Shown one piece after another: positions 9,991 through 20,342 of a DNA stretch of 64,000 nucleotides. Position 1 is the stretch's first letter, and every line of letters starts with the position of its first letter. This stretch comes from an uncultured cyanobacterium. GTDB lineage: Bacteria > Cyanobacteriota > Cyanobacteriia > Cyanobacteriales > CAWUOF01. The notes below the pieces were generated by a model. It was not told the DNA's origin. It did no database searches and saw only the letters and a program-made list of their open reading frames with translations. The translations under genes and the position numbers were made by a program. The DNA lies in contig CAVUSO010000001.1 of the NCBI GenBank assembly GCA_963744145.1, forward strand, positions 2,592,001 through 2,656,000, in the 5' to 3' direction.

Positions 9991-11814
9991 ATGCGAGATT
10001 TTCTCAAATATACCTTTGCTAGTCTACTAGGAAGTCTGCTTGGCATCATACTATTGTTAGGGTTAGGTACGGGTGGGCTGATTCTATTAAGTATGGCAGC
10101 TATATCGCGATCGCCAGACCCGCAACTTAAAAATAAGTCGGTGTTGGTTTTTGATCTGGGCATTAATATTAAAGATACTAAACCAAATTCAACTACAGGA
10201 GAAGCTATTCAAGCAGCGTTTTCTGGTGATGATGAGGAAAGTATTACTCTCCGGACAGTGCTGAATGTGATCGACAAAGCTGCTCAAGATCCACAAATTG
10301 TTGGTTTATATTTGGAGGGGACTAATACTCATAACGCAGATACAGGTTTTGCTACCCTGAAAGAAGTTCGTTCCGCTTTGGAAAAATTCAAAAGTTCTGG
10401 AAAGCCAATTTTTGCTTACGATATGGACTGGACGGAAAAAGATTATTATCTAGGTTCGATCGCAAACAAAATCATGCTCAATCCTCTGGGGATGATGGAG
10501 ATTAATGGATTGGGATCAGAAATGATGTTTTTTGCTGGTGCTTTGCAAAAATATGGTGTGGGAGTTCAGGTAATCCGAGTTGGTAAATATAAATCAGCAG
10601 TTGAACCATTTATTCTGACCAAACCTAGTTCCGAAAGTCGTGAACAAACTCAGAAATTGCTAGGTGATATCTGGGATGAATTTCTCAACACTGTCAGTAA
10701 AACTCGACAATTAACCCCGCAACAGTTGCAGCAATTTGCTACTAATCAGGGGGTATTAATGGCTGATGAAGCACTGAAATATAAGCTGATTGATCAGGTA
10801 GCTTATTTTGATCAGGTAGCGACTCAACTGAAGCAGTTAACTGGTAGTAATCAGGATGATAAATCTTTTCATCAAGTTAGTTTAGTTAATTATGCCAAAT
10901 CTGAGCGAGAGCCGAAACCTAAAAGCAGTTTGTTTGCAAATAAACCGGAAATTGCAGTAATTTATGCTGAAGGTGAGATCGTTGACGGTGAAGGTTCATT
11001 ACGTCAGGTTGGAGGCGATCGGTTAGCTCAACAAATCCGAAGATTACGACTAAATGATCAAATCAAAGCGATCGTTTTCCGGATTAATAGTCCTGGTGGT
11101 AGTGCTACTGCATCAGAAGTAATTGGTCGAGAAATAGCTTTGACACGCAAAGTCAAACCAGTCATTGTTTCCATGGGAAATTTAGCCGCATCAGGTGGTT
11201 ATTGGATTGCTGCTGATGCCGATCGCATTTTTGCTGAACCAAATACCATTACCGGTTCGATTGGTGTGTTTGGATTGTTGTTAAATGTGCAAAAATTAGC
11301 TAATGATAATGGGATTACTTGGGATGTGGTAAAAACAGCTCCTTTTGCGGATAGTTTTAGCATATCTCGTCCCAAAACTCCCCAAGAATTAGCTATGTAT
11401 CAGAAAGTAATTAATCGGATTTACGATCGCTTTTTGGTGAAAGTAGCTAATGCTCGGAAAATGCCAAAAGAAAAGATTGCAGAAATTGCCCAAGGACGAG
11501 TTTGGTCTGGGGTGAGTGCTAAACAAATTGGTTTAGTTGATGAAATTGGTGGGATTAATGATGCGATTAAGGAAGCGATCAAGTTAGCTAAAGTAGGAGA
11601 TAATTGGCAATTAGAGGAATATCCTAAGAGTCGCACCTTAGAAGAACAAATTTTCCAAAAGTTATTGGGTACTCATATTGCTCAAAATCAAATCCATTTA
11701 GATCCATTAACGAATGAATATAATCAGTTCCAAAAAGACTTAGCAAATTTAGGAATACTCAATGATCCCCTAGGAGTTTATGCTCGTTTACCCTATAATT
11801 TCCGGATTCATTGA
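9991..11814 (+). CDS. sppA: Signal peptide peptidase SppA (protease IV, long form)
   Basis: N-terminal TM helix, GKYKSAVEP, RINSPGGS, AASGGY, TGSIGVFG. Confidence 0.95.
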   Translation: MRDFLKYTFASLLGSLLGIILLLGLGTGGLILLSMAAISRSPDPQLKNKSVLVFDLGINIKDTKPNSTTGEAIQAAFSGDDEESITLRTVLNVIDKAAQDPQIVGLYLEGTNTHNADTGFATLKEVRSALEKFKSSGKPIFAYDMDWTEKDYYLGSIANKIMLNPLGMMEINGLGSEMMFFAGALQKYGVGVQVIRVGKYKSAVEPFILTKPSSESREQTQKLLGDIWDEFLNTVSKTRQLTPQQLQQFATNQGVLMADEALKYKLIDQVAYFDQVATQLKQLTGSNQDDKSFHQVSLVNYAKSEREPKPKSSLFANKPEIAVIYAEGEIVDGEGSLRQVGGDRLAQQIRRLRLNDQIKAIVFRINSPGGSATASEVIGREIALTRKVKPVIVSMGNLAASGGYWIAADADRIFAEPNTITGSIGVFGLLLNVQKLANDNGITWDVVKTAPFADSFSISRPKTPQELAMYQKVINRIYDRFLVKVANARKMPKEKIAEIAQGRVWSGVSAKQIGLVDEIGGINDAIKEAIKLAKVGDNWQLEEYPKSRTLEEQIFQKLLGTHIAQNQIHLDPLTNEYNQFQKDLANLGILNDPLGVYARLPYNFRIH

Positions 11815-11958
11815 TTGGCTATTGGTGTCTCAAATTCCCGTGGGATTGTATAACCTAATTCGGAATGGATTGGATAGGTCGTAATTTTGAAAGTTTTCCC
11901 AATGTGGTTGCACCAAACTTGTCGAAGTGATTGATTAGAGGCTCCAGTGATCATCCCT

Positions 11959-12390
11959 TCACTCTGCTAAACTATGGTTGTTAGGTGGCGGAAGTTTAGC
12001 AAATTTAGGTAAATTGGGGTTAAGGTAATCCCAGGGTTGGGCACTGGCAACGTAAATTTCTGCTTGAGGCTTGAACCAGCCTGGATCATCTAAGCTGCCT
12101 GCTTGAATACTGATTAAGTCAGGATTTGCAGGTGTGCCAAACAAACGGGAGCCACATTGGGGACAGAAACCACGACTAACCAAGTTACCACTATCGCCAG
12201 TGACACTATAATATTTCACTTCTCCCGTAATGGTCACAGAACTGCGAGGTACGATTAACGCAGCAGCAAATGCACTGCCCGTTGCTCGCTGGCAATCCCG
12301 ACAGTGGCAAAGCCCCATTCCCAGAGCTTCGGCTGAACATTCATAACGGATAGCTCCACACATACAACCACCAATAAAACTTGTTGCCAT
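11959..12390 (-). CDS. GFA (glutathione-dependent formaldehyde-activating / CENP-V) family protein
   Basis: GGCMCGAIRY, CHCRDCQR and FCPQCGS zinc motifs. Confidence 0.9.
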   Translation of the reverse strand: MATSFIGGCMCGAIRYECSAEALGMGLCHCRDCQRATGSAFAAALIVPRSSVTITGEVKYYSVTGDSGNLVSRGFCPQCGSRLFGTPANPDLISIQAGSLDDPGWFKPQAEIYVASAQPWDYLNPNLPKFAKLPPPNNHSLAE

Positions 12391-12429
12391 TGTGAATACT
12401 CAACAGTTGTTTTTATACACTACCACTTC

Positions 12430-12603
12430 GTAAGGATTCAGGTCTAACAAGCGAGGAATTAAAGATGGAGTCTGCACCTCAGAGTTAACCATCGCTTTAA
12501 TCGCTTGCTCAAAAAAGCCAATTACAGAACGTCCTTGACGACAAGCTTGTATAACTGTCAACAAATTGCTAGTGTCTTGTCACCGCTCCATGGAACGCAG
12601 ATT
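12430..12603 (-). mobile_element. IS66-family remnant (transposase C-terminus and right terminal repeat)
   Basis: The minus strand reads LRSMER*QDTSNLLTVIQACRQGRSVIGFFEQAIKAM...PSLIP, resembling IS66 TnpC C-termini. It ends at GTAAGGATTCAGGTC (12430), matching the GTAA-starting IS66 ends. Confidence 0.7.
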
Positions 12604-12938
12604 CCACTTTGAGTTTAAAGGTGGATGCCCAACTAAAAAACTCATCCCGATTTTGAGTTTGTTGGTAGAAAACATAATTTTCAAAACCTTCATCAATCAG
12701 GCGATCGTAGTCTTGAGCGTGACCAGTTCAACTCTCTCATCTGATCTGATCGCAATTAGCCTTTTAACTGGTAGCAAACGCTCTATAGCGATCGCCCCTG
12801 ACTTTTTACAAAACTTTACATGGAGTCTGCTTTTGCTCAGATATGTGATCTACTTTCCCTATTTTGCTAATTTTTACTATTAAAAAGATCACAATTTATT
12901 TTAAAGTAAATCTCTAAATAAAGATTTTAACAATTTCC

Positions 12939-15900
12939 ATGGATGCATCTCAATCTCTAAATAACCCTGTGGCGACTCCGCCCTCCGACTCTGCCCAGGT
13001 AACACTCAACACAAGTTTCTACCATGCTTTTATTTCCTATGGTCGGGCTGATAGTAAAGCCTTTGCAGCTAAACTCCAAGAGCGACTCAATCAGGCTGGA
13101 TTCAAAGTGTGGTTTGATTTCAACGATATTCCCCTTGGTGTTGATTATCAAAATCAAATTGATGATGGGATAACTAAAGCGGATAACTTTCTGTTTCTAA
13201 TTTCGCCTCATTCGGTTAACTCTCCCTATTGTGGGAAAGAAGTTGAACTAGCCATCAAATTAAAAAAACGAATCATTCCACTACTGCACGTAGGACAAAT
13301 CAGCCAAGAGACTTGGCAACAGCGTCATCCTGGTAAATCAGAGTCAGAATGGCAAATCTATCAAGAAAAGGGATTACATTCCAGTTTCCCGAATATGCAC
13401 CCTATGATTAGCAAAATCAACTGGATCTATGTTCAGGAAGGGATTGATGATTTTGAGAAAGGATTGAGCGGCTTAATAGACATATTTCATCGCCATCCGG
13501 ATTATGTACGACAACATACAGTTTTATTAAATCGGGGAATTGAATGGGAACAACACCAGAAACAAACCCGCTATTTATTGACTGGAGAAGAACGGGAAAC
13601 AGCAGAAGCATGGCTAAAACATCGGTTTCAGGAAGAACAACCACCATGTGAACCGACATTACTGCATTGTGAGTTAGTGTGTGAGAGTATCAAAAACGCC
13701 AATAACTTGATGACCCAGGTGTTTTTCTCCTATTCGGAAGTGGATCTGGCTAAGATGCTCCAAATTCGCCAGAGCTTGTTGCGAGAAGGGATCACAATTT
13801 GGACAAATAAGACAGATATTAAAACGGGGGAAGTATTTCAGGCGGCCATCAATCGGGGGATTGAACAAGCTGATAACATTGTTTATTTAATCTCGACCGA
13901 TGCACTGACATCCCGTTACTGTCAGCAAGAGATTGACTATGCCCTTAGTCTGAATAAACGGATTATTCCCCTGTTGATCCGAACCACCGACTTGGAGAAA
14001 ATTCCGCCCATCATCCGAGAATTACAATTTATCAACTTCAGTGAGAATCAGACTGAGGCAGATTTACGTGAGGCTTTGGATGATTTACTCAATGCTTTAC
14101 GGGAAGAAGCCAGCTATTACGAAGATCATAAAATGCTGTTGAGCAAGGCGTTGAAATGGGAACAACAGAACCGTAACCCGAGTATTTTAATGCGGGGCTA
14201 CAATTTGCGCCATGCAGAAGTGTGGTTGAAGGGAGCGGAACTGAAAACCCAACATCAGCCTACAGCCTTACAGAAAGAGTTTATTAGGGAAAGTTTGCGC
14301 CAACCACCAGTCACCTCCCTAGATGTATTTATCTCCTACTCCAAATCTGATGCGGAGCTAGCCCGTCAGTTAAATGATGAATTGCAGACGCGGGGGAAAA
14401 TAACTTGGTTTGACCAAGAGAATATCGGGTCAGAGGCGGATCTGGAGCAGGAGATTTATCGGGGAATTGAGAGTGCGGACAATTTTCTGTTTATTTTATC
14501 ACCACGCTCAATTAATTCTCCCTCCTGTATTGATGAAGTGGAATATGCAGCTAAACTCAGCAAACGTTTTATTACGATCTTGTATCAAGGGGTGAATACC
14601 GCCGAGTTGCATCCAGAGCTAGCTAAAGTACCGTCGATTGATTTTAGGCAAAGGGAAGGGGATTTTTACTCCCATATTAATCAATTGCTGAGAACTCTAG
14701 ATACAGACCGGGAATATATCCAAAATCATACTAAATGGCTGCGTCGAGCGATTGAATGGGAAAAGCATAATAATAGCAGTGATTTACTGCTGCGGGGGAG
14801 TGAATTTGTGATCGCCCAGGAATGGTTTAAGCAAGCAAATCAAGGCAAAAAGCAACCCCAAATCACGGAATTGCAAACCAAGTTTATTGAATCTAGCCGC
14901 GATGCGATCGAGGCAATTGCTAAACAGGAAAAACGGCGACTGGTCGTGTTACGGCTGATGCTGGGGATGATGACAGGATTGGCGGTCGCTGCGGTGATCG
15001 CTACCATCATGGCGATCGCTAATGGCAAAAAAGCCAAACAGATTGCCATTAGTTCTCAGGGACAATATGCTTTGTCGCTATTAAATCCACATGAGGAAAA
15101 ATTTGATGCTTTAATTGCCGCAATTGAGGCTGGAAAGGCTATGCAAAAAGAAGGGATCACTGACCCGGTAGTGACAGACGCTTTGGCAAGATCAGTTTTT
15201 AGCGTGAGTGAACACAACCGCTTGCTCAAACATAAGAGTTATCTCACCAGTGTCAGTTTCAGCCCCGATGGGAAAACCTTGGCTTCGGGGAGTTGGGACA
15301 AGACCATCATCCTGTGGAATGCGAGTACAGGAAAGGTACTTCGCACTCTCTCTGGCCATAATGAAGTAGTCTATAGCGTCAGTTTCAGCCCTGATGGGAA
15401 AATCTTGGCGACCGCTAGTAGAGACAGTACCATCAAGCTCTGGGATGTGAGTACAGGAAAGGAACTTCGCACTCTCTCTGGCCATACTGGGGTAGTCTAT
15501 AGCGTCAGTTTTAGTACCGATGGGAAAACTTTGGCTTCTGGTAGTGAGGACAATAGCATCAAACTCTGGGATGTAAGTACGGGCCAAGAACTCCGCACGA
15601 TCTATGGCCATAGTGATGTAGTCAGAAGTGTCAGTTTCAGCCCCGATGGGAAAACCTTAGCTTCGGCGAGTTGGGACAAGACCGTTAAACTCTGGGATAT
15701 GAATACTGGCCAGCACATTCGCACTCTTTATGGCCATACTGATCAAGTCTATAACATCAGTTTCAGCCCCGATGGGAACACCTTAGCTTCGGCGAGTTGG
15801 GACAAGACCGTTAAACTCTGGGATGTAAATAGTGGCCATGAACTTCATAGTCTCAATGGTCATAGTGATTTTGTCAATAGTGTTAGTTTCAGTCCCGATG

Positions 15901-17087
15901 GGAACACCTTGGCTTCTGCTAGTTGGGATAATACCATTAAACTTTGGGATGTGAGTAACGGTGAGGAAATTCGCACTCTCCCTGGCCATAGGAATTTTGT
16001 TTATAGTGTCAGTTTCAGCCCCGATGGGAAAACCTTAGCTTCGGCGAGTTGGGACAAGACCATTAAACTTTGGGATCTGGATACAGACCAGGAAATACGC
16101 ACTCTCCCTGGCCATCGCAATGTAGTCAATAGTGTCAGTTTCAGTCCCGATGGAAAAACCTTGGCTTCGGGGAGTTGGGATCAGACGGTCAAACTCTGGA
16201 ATGTAAGTACCGGCCACCTAATTCACACTCTTCTTGGCCATAATAATTATGTTTATAGTGTCAGTTTCAGCCCCGATGGAAAAACCTTGGCGACCGCTAG
16301 TTGGGACCAGACTATCAAACTCTGGAATGTAAGCACGGGCCAGCTAATTCGCACTTTCTCTGGCCATAATAATTTTGTTTATAGTGTTAGTTTCAGTCCC
16401 GATGGAAAAACTTTGGCTTCTGCTAGTTTTGACAAGACCGTCAAACTCTGGAATGTAAGTACAGGTCAGCTAATTCATACTTTCTCTGGCCATAGTGATT
16501 TTGTCTATAGCGCCAGTTTCAGCCCCGATGGGAAAACCTTGGCGACCGCTAGTAGGGACAAGATGATCAAACTCTGGGATCTGAGTACCGGACAGGAAAT
16601 TCGGACTTTCTCTGGCCATAGTGATGTAGTCTATAACATTAGTTTCAGCCCCGATGGGAAAACCTTGGCTTCGGCGAGTTGGGACAAGACGATCAAGCTC
16701 TGGAATGTGAGTACCGGGCAGGAACTTCGCACTCTCCCTGGCCATAGTGATGTAGTCTATAGCGTCAGTTTCAGCCCCGATGGGAACACTTTGGCTTCTG
16801 CTAGTTGGGATAAGACGATCAAACTCTGGAATGTGAGTAATGGCCAGGAAATTCGCACTCTCTCTGGCCATCTTGATTTTGTTAATAGTGTCAGTTTTAG
16901 CCCCGATGGGAAAACTTTGGCTTCTGCTAGTGGGGACAAGACTATCATCTTGTGGAAGTTAGACGTTGATTTTAACCATCTTTTAGAACGGGGTTGCGAT
17001 TGGTTGAATGTTTATTTGCATAACCCGGATTCTGATGCTGATTTTAGCCATATTGACAGTCATCTTTGCGACGATATCAACAGGTGA
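12939..17087 (+). CDS. Triple-TIR domain, transmembrane, 14x WD40 repeat protein
   Basis: Three (A/V)F(I/F)SY...S.(Y/S)C..E TIR units, a hydrophobic helix (LVVLRLMLGMMTGLAVAAVIATIMAIA), then 14 units of GH....SVSFSPDGKTLAS.S.D.T.KLW. Confidence 0.92.
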   Translation: MDASQSLNNPVATPPSDSAQVTLNTSFYHAFISYGRADSKAFAAKLQERLNQAGFKVWFDFNDIPLGVDYQNQIDDGITKADNFLFLISPHSVNSPYCGKEVELAIKLKKRIIPLLHVGQISQETWQQRHPGKSESEWQIYQEKGLHSSFPNMHPMISKINWIYVQEGIDDFEKGLSGLIDIFHRHPDYVRQHTVLLNRGIEWEQHQKQTRYLLTGEERETAEAWLKHRFQEEQPPCEPTLLHCELVCESIKNANNLMTQVFFSYSEVDLAKMLQIRQSLLREGITIWTNKTDIKTGEVFQAAINRGIEQADNIVYLISTDALTSRYCQQEIDYALSLNKRIIPLLIRTTDLEKIPPIIRELQFINFSENQTEADLREALDDLLNALREEASYYEDHKMLLSKALKWEQQNRNPSILMRGYNLRHAEVWLKGAELKTQHQPTALQKEFIRESLRQPPVTSLDVFISYSKSDAELARQLNDELQTRGKITWFDQENIGSEADLEQEIYRGIESADNFLFILSPRSINSPSCIDEVEYAAKLSKRFITILYQGVNTAELHPELAKVPSIDFRQREGDFYSHINQLLRTLDTDREYIQNHTKWLRRAIEWEKHNNSSDLLLRGSEFVIAQEWFKQANQGKKQPQITELQTKFIESSRDAIEAIAKQEKRRLVVLRLMLGMMTGLAVAAVIATIMAIANGKKAKQIAISSQGQYALSLLNPHEEKFDALIAAIEAGKAMQKEGITDPVVTDALARSVFSVSEHNRLLKHKSYLTSVSFSPDGKTLASGSWDKTIILWNASTGKVLRTLSGHNEVVYSVSFSPDGKILATASRDSTIKLWDVSTGKELRTLSGHTGVVYSVSFSTDGKTLASGSEDNSIKLWDVSTGQELRTIYGHSDVVRSVSFSPDGKTLASASWDKTVKLWDMNTGQHIRTLYGHTDQVYNISFSPDGNTLASASWDKTVKLWDVNSGHELHSLNGHSDFVNSVSFSPDGNTLASASWDNTIKLWDVSNGEEIRTLPGHRNFVYSVSFSPDGKTLASASWDKTIKLWDLDTDQEIRTLPGHRNVVNSVSFSPDGKTLASGSWDQTVKLWNVSTGHLIHTLLGHNNYVYSVSFSPDGKTLATASWDQTIKLWNVSTGQLIRTFSGHNNFVYSVSFSPDGKTLASASFDKTVKLWNVSTGQLIHTFSGHSDFVYSASFSPDGKTLATASRDKMIKLWDLSTGQEIRTFSGHSDVVYNISFSPDGKTLASASWDKTIKLWNVSTGQELRTLPGHSDVVYSVSFSPDGNTLASASWDKTIKLWNVSNGQEIRTLSGHLDFVNSVSFSPDGKTLASASGDKTIILWKLDVDFNHLLERGCDWLNVYLHNPDSDADFSHIDSHLCDDINR
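15222..16960 (+). repeat. Intragenic tandem array of 14 x 126-bp WD40-coding units
   Basis: Recurring GTCAGTTTCAGCCCCGATGGGAAAACCTTGGC at 126-bp period. Confidence 0.9.
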
Positions 17088-17199
17088 AGAATTAATCTAA
17101 ATTACTACCTGAACCCCACAAGGTTTTAGCTAGATAGGAGTTGAGCTGGAATTGGGAGCGATCGGATGAACTGGGTCTCTTAAGCAGATGGGGAGAAGT

Positions 17200-18018
17200 T
17201 CAGATTAACGATACTTCTTCAATATTAGCAAGATCTGACAATTCGTTCCGGGTTGGGGATGAAAAATATGTCCATGACGCGATCGCATCTTCCTCACTTT
17301 CAGATTGACGGTGACAGCGAATTGCAAAAGTACAATTCTGACAATGTCCTGCTGTTTCTGGGATTTGAGGAAAAAACTCTCCTTGTTCATATTCTTGTAA
17401 CCAAACTGTCAATTGATTTAATAAGTCTGTTAAATCTTCATGAATTTGCTGATGTTGTCTCGAATCGTAGCTAAATTTCAAACTTGGTGATTCCCGTTCT
17501 TTCTCTGACTGGACAAACCAGTAAGTTAGGGAAACTTGTTCAGGAAAATAATTACTTGTTGCTACTAAAGCGTAACAATAAAGACGAGTTTGCCAATTTT
17601 TTTCGATCCACTGACGCTGGTTCGGACGAGCATAAGTTTTCCAATCTAAAATTTGTGCTTGCTCTTGATCTGCAATCAATAAATCATAAATAACTGTGAG
17701 TAAATAATCCTGAAATTTCAGAGTCCGACTATGTTCAGCTTCCCGAAAACTGGTGGAATCAGTCACAGCAATCAAAATTTCTGGTGCTGCACTAATAAAA
17801 GAATTAAACCAGATTTGTAATTGGGGATCTTCAGCAACTATACTTTCTATTGGTAAACCCAATTCTCGCTGCTGCATTAACAAGTGAAAACGATTTCCCC
17901 AATTTAATTTTTCTTGTTGTTCTGGAGTCGGTGGTGCTGCTAACTGTTCTAAAAAAGTATATTGAAACTTACGCGGACAGGTGGTCAGTAAATTTAAGTG
18001 TCCTTGGGATAATCTCAT
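17200..18018 (-). CDS. PD-(D/E)XK nuclease family protein (AddB/Cas4-like, four-Cys)
   Basis: CPRK, GNRFH, YDLL...ILDWKT, QTRLY and C-terminal CQNC...C. Confidence 0.85.
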   Translation of the reverse strand: MRLSQGHLNLLTTCPRKFQYTFLEQLAAPPTPEQQEKLNWGNRFHLLMQQRELGLPIESIVAEDPQLQIWFNSFISAAPEILIAVTDSTSFREAEHSRTLKFQDYLLTVIYDLLIADQEQAQILDWKTYARPNQRQWIEKNWQTRLYCYALVATSNYFPEQVSLTYWFVQSEKERESPSLKFSYDSRQHQQIHEDLTDLLNQLTVWLQEYEQGEFFPQIPETAGHCQNCTFAIRCHRQSESEEDAIASWTYFSSPTRNELSDLANIEEVSLI

Positions 18019-18024
18019 CAGAAT

Positions 18025-18612
18025 TTAGAATACCTTACTCAACACAAACACACTATCTTTATTTCCACGACCAATGCGTAGATCTTCATCTAAATAAGTT
18101 AGCTCTAACCAACCTTGTTGGTCACGAGTCTCAATATTAAAATCAACTGCAAGAAACTTTTTACCTGTTTCAATTTCCTGAATATAATCGCTGGGAAAGC
18201 GATAACCAATTAAACGCTGTAGTCCGATAATAAATCTTTCAAATTTTACTTCTACTCGCTGCTGAGAAGATGGCTCAAATCTAGCAACAACACTCACTAT
18301 TCCCTCTAAATAGGGTAATCCATAAATTTCTGCAATATTGTAGATTTTGGCTTCCTTAGCCCGAATATATTGATAGATTTGTCCAAGTTTTAATAAAGGG
18401 AGGCGATCAATCCCTAGTAATTCATCACTGGTAGTATACAATAGTCGCCAATTACCATCAAGTAACTCGGTTGCTTCCACTGGTCGGGGAGTAGGATTGC
18501 GGTCTTCTAACTGAGCGATCGCAGCTAAAATTGCTAATTTATCAGTTTCAGTGGCCAATAAACCCCGATTTTTACCAGCGATCGCTTCCAACAATGTAGT
18601 TTTTCCTAGCAT
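18025..18612 (-). CDS. PAP/fibrillin family protein
   Basis: LEDRNPTPRP, LDGNWRLLYTT, GWLELTYLDEDLRIGRGN. Confidence 0.93.
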   Translation of the reverse strand: MLGKTTLLEAIAGKNRGLLATETDKLAILAAIAQLEDRNPTPRPVEATELLDGNWRLLYTTSDELLGIDRLPLLKLGQIYQYIRAKEAKIYNIAEIYGLPYLEGIVSVVARFEPSSQQRVEVKFERFIIGLQRLIGYRFPSDYIQEIETGKKFLAVDFNIETRDQQGWLELTYLDEDLRIGRGNKDSVFVLSKVF

Positions 18613-18936
18613 AATAAATATACCTCTCTTTCTATCTTTAATAGTTTACATTTTTTTATCTAAATCATCCAGTGGTAATTGCTAGCAAAAATCCCCAGCA
18701 ATTACTCAAATGGATCTGGGGCGATCGCACCTTCGGAGAAAATGAGGATGTTGATCCCAGTCTCGGATTGGCCAGTAGATTTTGAGTTCCGTGCTATGGC
18801 ATTATTAAAAGTAGCTCAGTACCGCGAGGCTTGATAAATTACGATCCGAAGTAGATTTTGAATTCAGTTGATGCTAGAATCGCAGTAATTATGTCTAATC
18901 ATCATTCTACATCCATGAATTTGAGTTCAGGTAATT

Positions 18937-19587
18937 ATGTATCATCAGATTGGACTTTGGGATAATCAGCTAGATAGCAGTCATCTATTTCTCGAAAATA
19001 ACCTGCAAAACAAAGTAGTTATTAATACTGATGGAGATGCTATACTATATCCCTTTTTTTTTAGCATTAAAGAAAGTAATCGTCTTTTTTCAGATTTATA
19101 TTCTAGTGTTAAATGGAGACAAGACACAATCCAATTTTTTGGAAAAAAGATGCCTTTACCGAGACTTACTGCTTGGTATGGAGATGAAGGTAAATCATAT
19201 ACTTATTCGGGTATAGAACAGCATCCTGAAGCTTGGAATCCCGTACTAAAATCAATCAAATCAAAAATTGAAGAAATATCAGAAGTTACTTTTAATAGTG
19301 TTCTGATCAACCTATATCGGGATGGTAAAGATAGCGTTTCATGGCATAGTGATGATGAGCCAGAACTAGGAGAAAATCCGATTATAGCCTCAGTTAGCTT
19401 TGGCGCAAGTCGCCGATTTTCATTAAAGCATAAAATATCAAAAGACCACAAAATTGATATTGATTTGCCCAATGGTAGTTTGCTATTGATGAAAGGTCAA
19501 ATGCAGCACTTTTGGCAACATCAAATTGCTAAAACTTCTAAATCGGTTGCTCCCAGAATCAATTTAACTTTTAGAGTGATTAAATAA
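18937..19587 (+). CDS. AlkB-family 2OG-Fe(II) dioxygenase (ALKBH2/3-like)
   Basis: PRLTAWYG, NSVLINLYRDG.DSVSWHSD, WQHQI, RINLTFR. Confidence 0.92.
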   Translation: MYHQIGLWDNQLDSSHLFLENNLQNKVVINTDGDAILYPFFFSIKESNRLFSDLYSSVKWRQDTIQFFGKKMPLPRLTAWYGDEGKSYTYSGIEQHPEAWNPVLKSIKSKIEEISEVTFNSVLINLYRDGKDSVSWHSDDEPELGENPIIASVSFGASRRFSLKHKISKDHKIDIDLPNGSLLLMKGQMQHFWQHQIAKTSKSVAPRINLTFRVIK

Positions 19588-19626
19588 GAGAAGCTAAAAA
19601 CTAATGGAAAACCTATACGACTATAT

Positions 19627-19750
19627 TAGACCTCTTGCAAAAGTCCTTATTCATCTATTTATTGACAGGCAAGATGCCTGTCCCACCAGAAAAAATCACT
19701 TTTGTGGGACAGGCATCTTGCCTGTCCTATTTATTTTTGCAAGAGGTCTA
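19627..19750. mobile_element. 124-bp MITE-like element with 16-bp terminal inverted repeats and two internal inverted REP-like palindromes
   Basis: TAGACCTCTTGCAAAA (19627-19642) and TTTTGCAAGAGGTCTA (19735-19750). Internal palindromes GACAGGCAAGATGCCTGTCCCAC and GTGGGACAGGCATCTTGCCTGTC. Confidence 0.8.
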
Positions 19751-19851
19751 TTTTAGAAGGAATCAAAACCTCTCCAGCTTTTTATGGTGCTGAAACCTAT
19801 GCCATAATTGACTAGAGAAAAAATAAACGATTAAATATAAAAACTGACCTG

Positions 19852-20086
19852 ATGAATTTAACGATCGGCTTGCTTATCCGCATTACCCAAACTCCTGGTC
19901 CAATGTGGTGGTCGTCCCTGTATTCGAGGGATGCGAATTCGAGTCACCGATATTTTAGAAATGTTGGCTGAAAACGTTAGCGTTACTGAAATTTTAGCAG
20001 ACTTCCCCGATTTGGAACTGGCAGATATTCAAGCTTGTGTACTGTTCGCAGCAAAGCGCACTGATTTTCCTAGACTCACAGCATGA
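19852..20086 (+). pseudogene. DUF433 (VapB45-like antitoxin) gene, frameshifted by +1 near 19900
   Basis: MNLTIGLLIRITQTPG, then in the shifted frame QCGGRPCIRGMRIRVTDILEMLAENVSVTEILADFPDLELADIQACVLFAA. Confidence 0.8.
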
Positions 20087-20159
20087 AGAGCAGATATTTT
20101 TTGACCAGTTGCAGGTAGATGTGGTTGACGGAGTTATTGAAAATATTTGTGGGTGGCAG

Positions 20160-20189
20160 TTGACAGGGCAGAAAAATATATGATACCAT
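20160..20189 (+). promoter_or_regulatory. Candidate sigma70-type promoter for the three-gene cassette
   Basis: TTGACA (20160) - 18 bp - TACCAT (20184). Confidence 0.45.
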
Positions 20190-20342
20190 AACGTAATTTG
20201 AATATTTTTTTACACAAATAATGGTCAAAACCCAGTTAGCTAGTTGTTTGTCCCTATGTCATAATTAGTAAATAAGCCCGTGTTGAGTTGCGTTTCCTCA
20301 GCCCAACTTAGAAAATCTACAATCACACTAAGCGATAAGGTA

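Noticed and set aside
12566..12883. 105-aa plus-strand ORF
   Set aside because: It overlaps the IS66 remnant and promoter-like DNA, has a TTG start and shows no recognisable motif.
15192..16948. Several minus-strand ORFs with repeated MARES... motifs
   Set aside because: They are antisense shadows of the 126-bp WD40 repeats, with no independent coding signal.
15222..16960. Regular repeats suggesting a CRISPR array
   Set aside because: The units are in-frame protein-coding WD40 repeats with no unique spacers and no cas genes.
17200..18018. Cas4-like nuclease as evidence of a CRISPR locus
   Set aside because: No cas1/cas2 or array nearby. It appears to be a stand-alone PD-(D/E)XK gene next to fibrillin.
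18810..18825. Possible cyanobacterial LexA box upstream of alkB (AGTAGCTCAGTACC)
   Set aside because: The first half-site mismatches RGTAC, so it is too weak to call.
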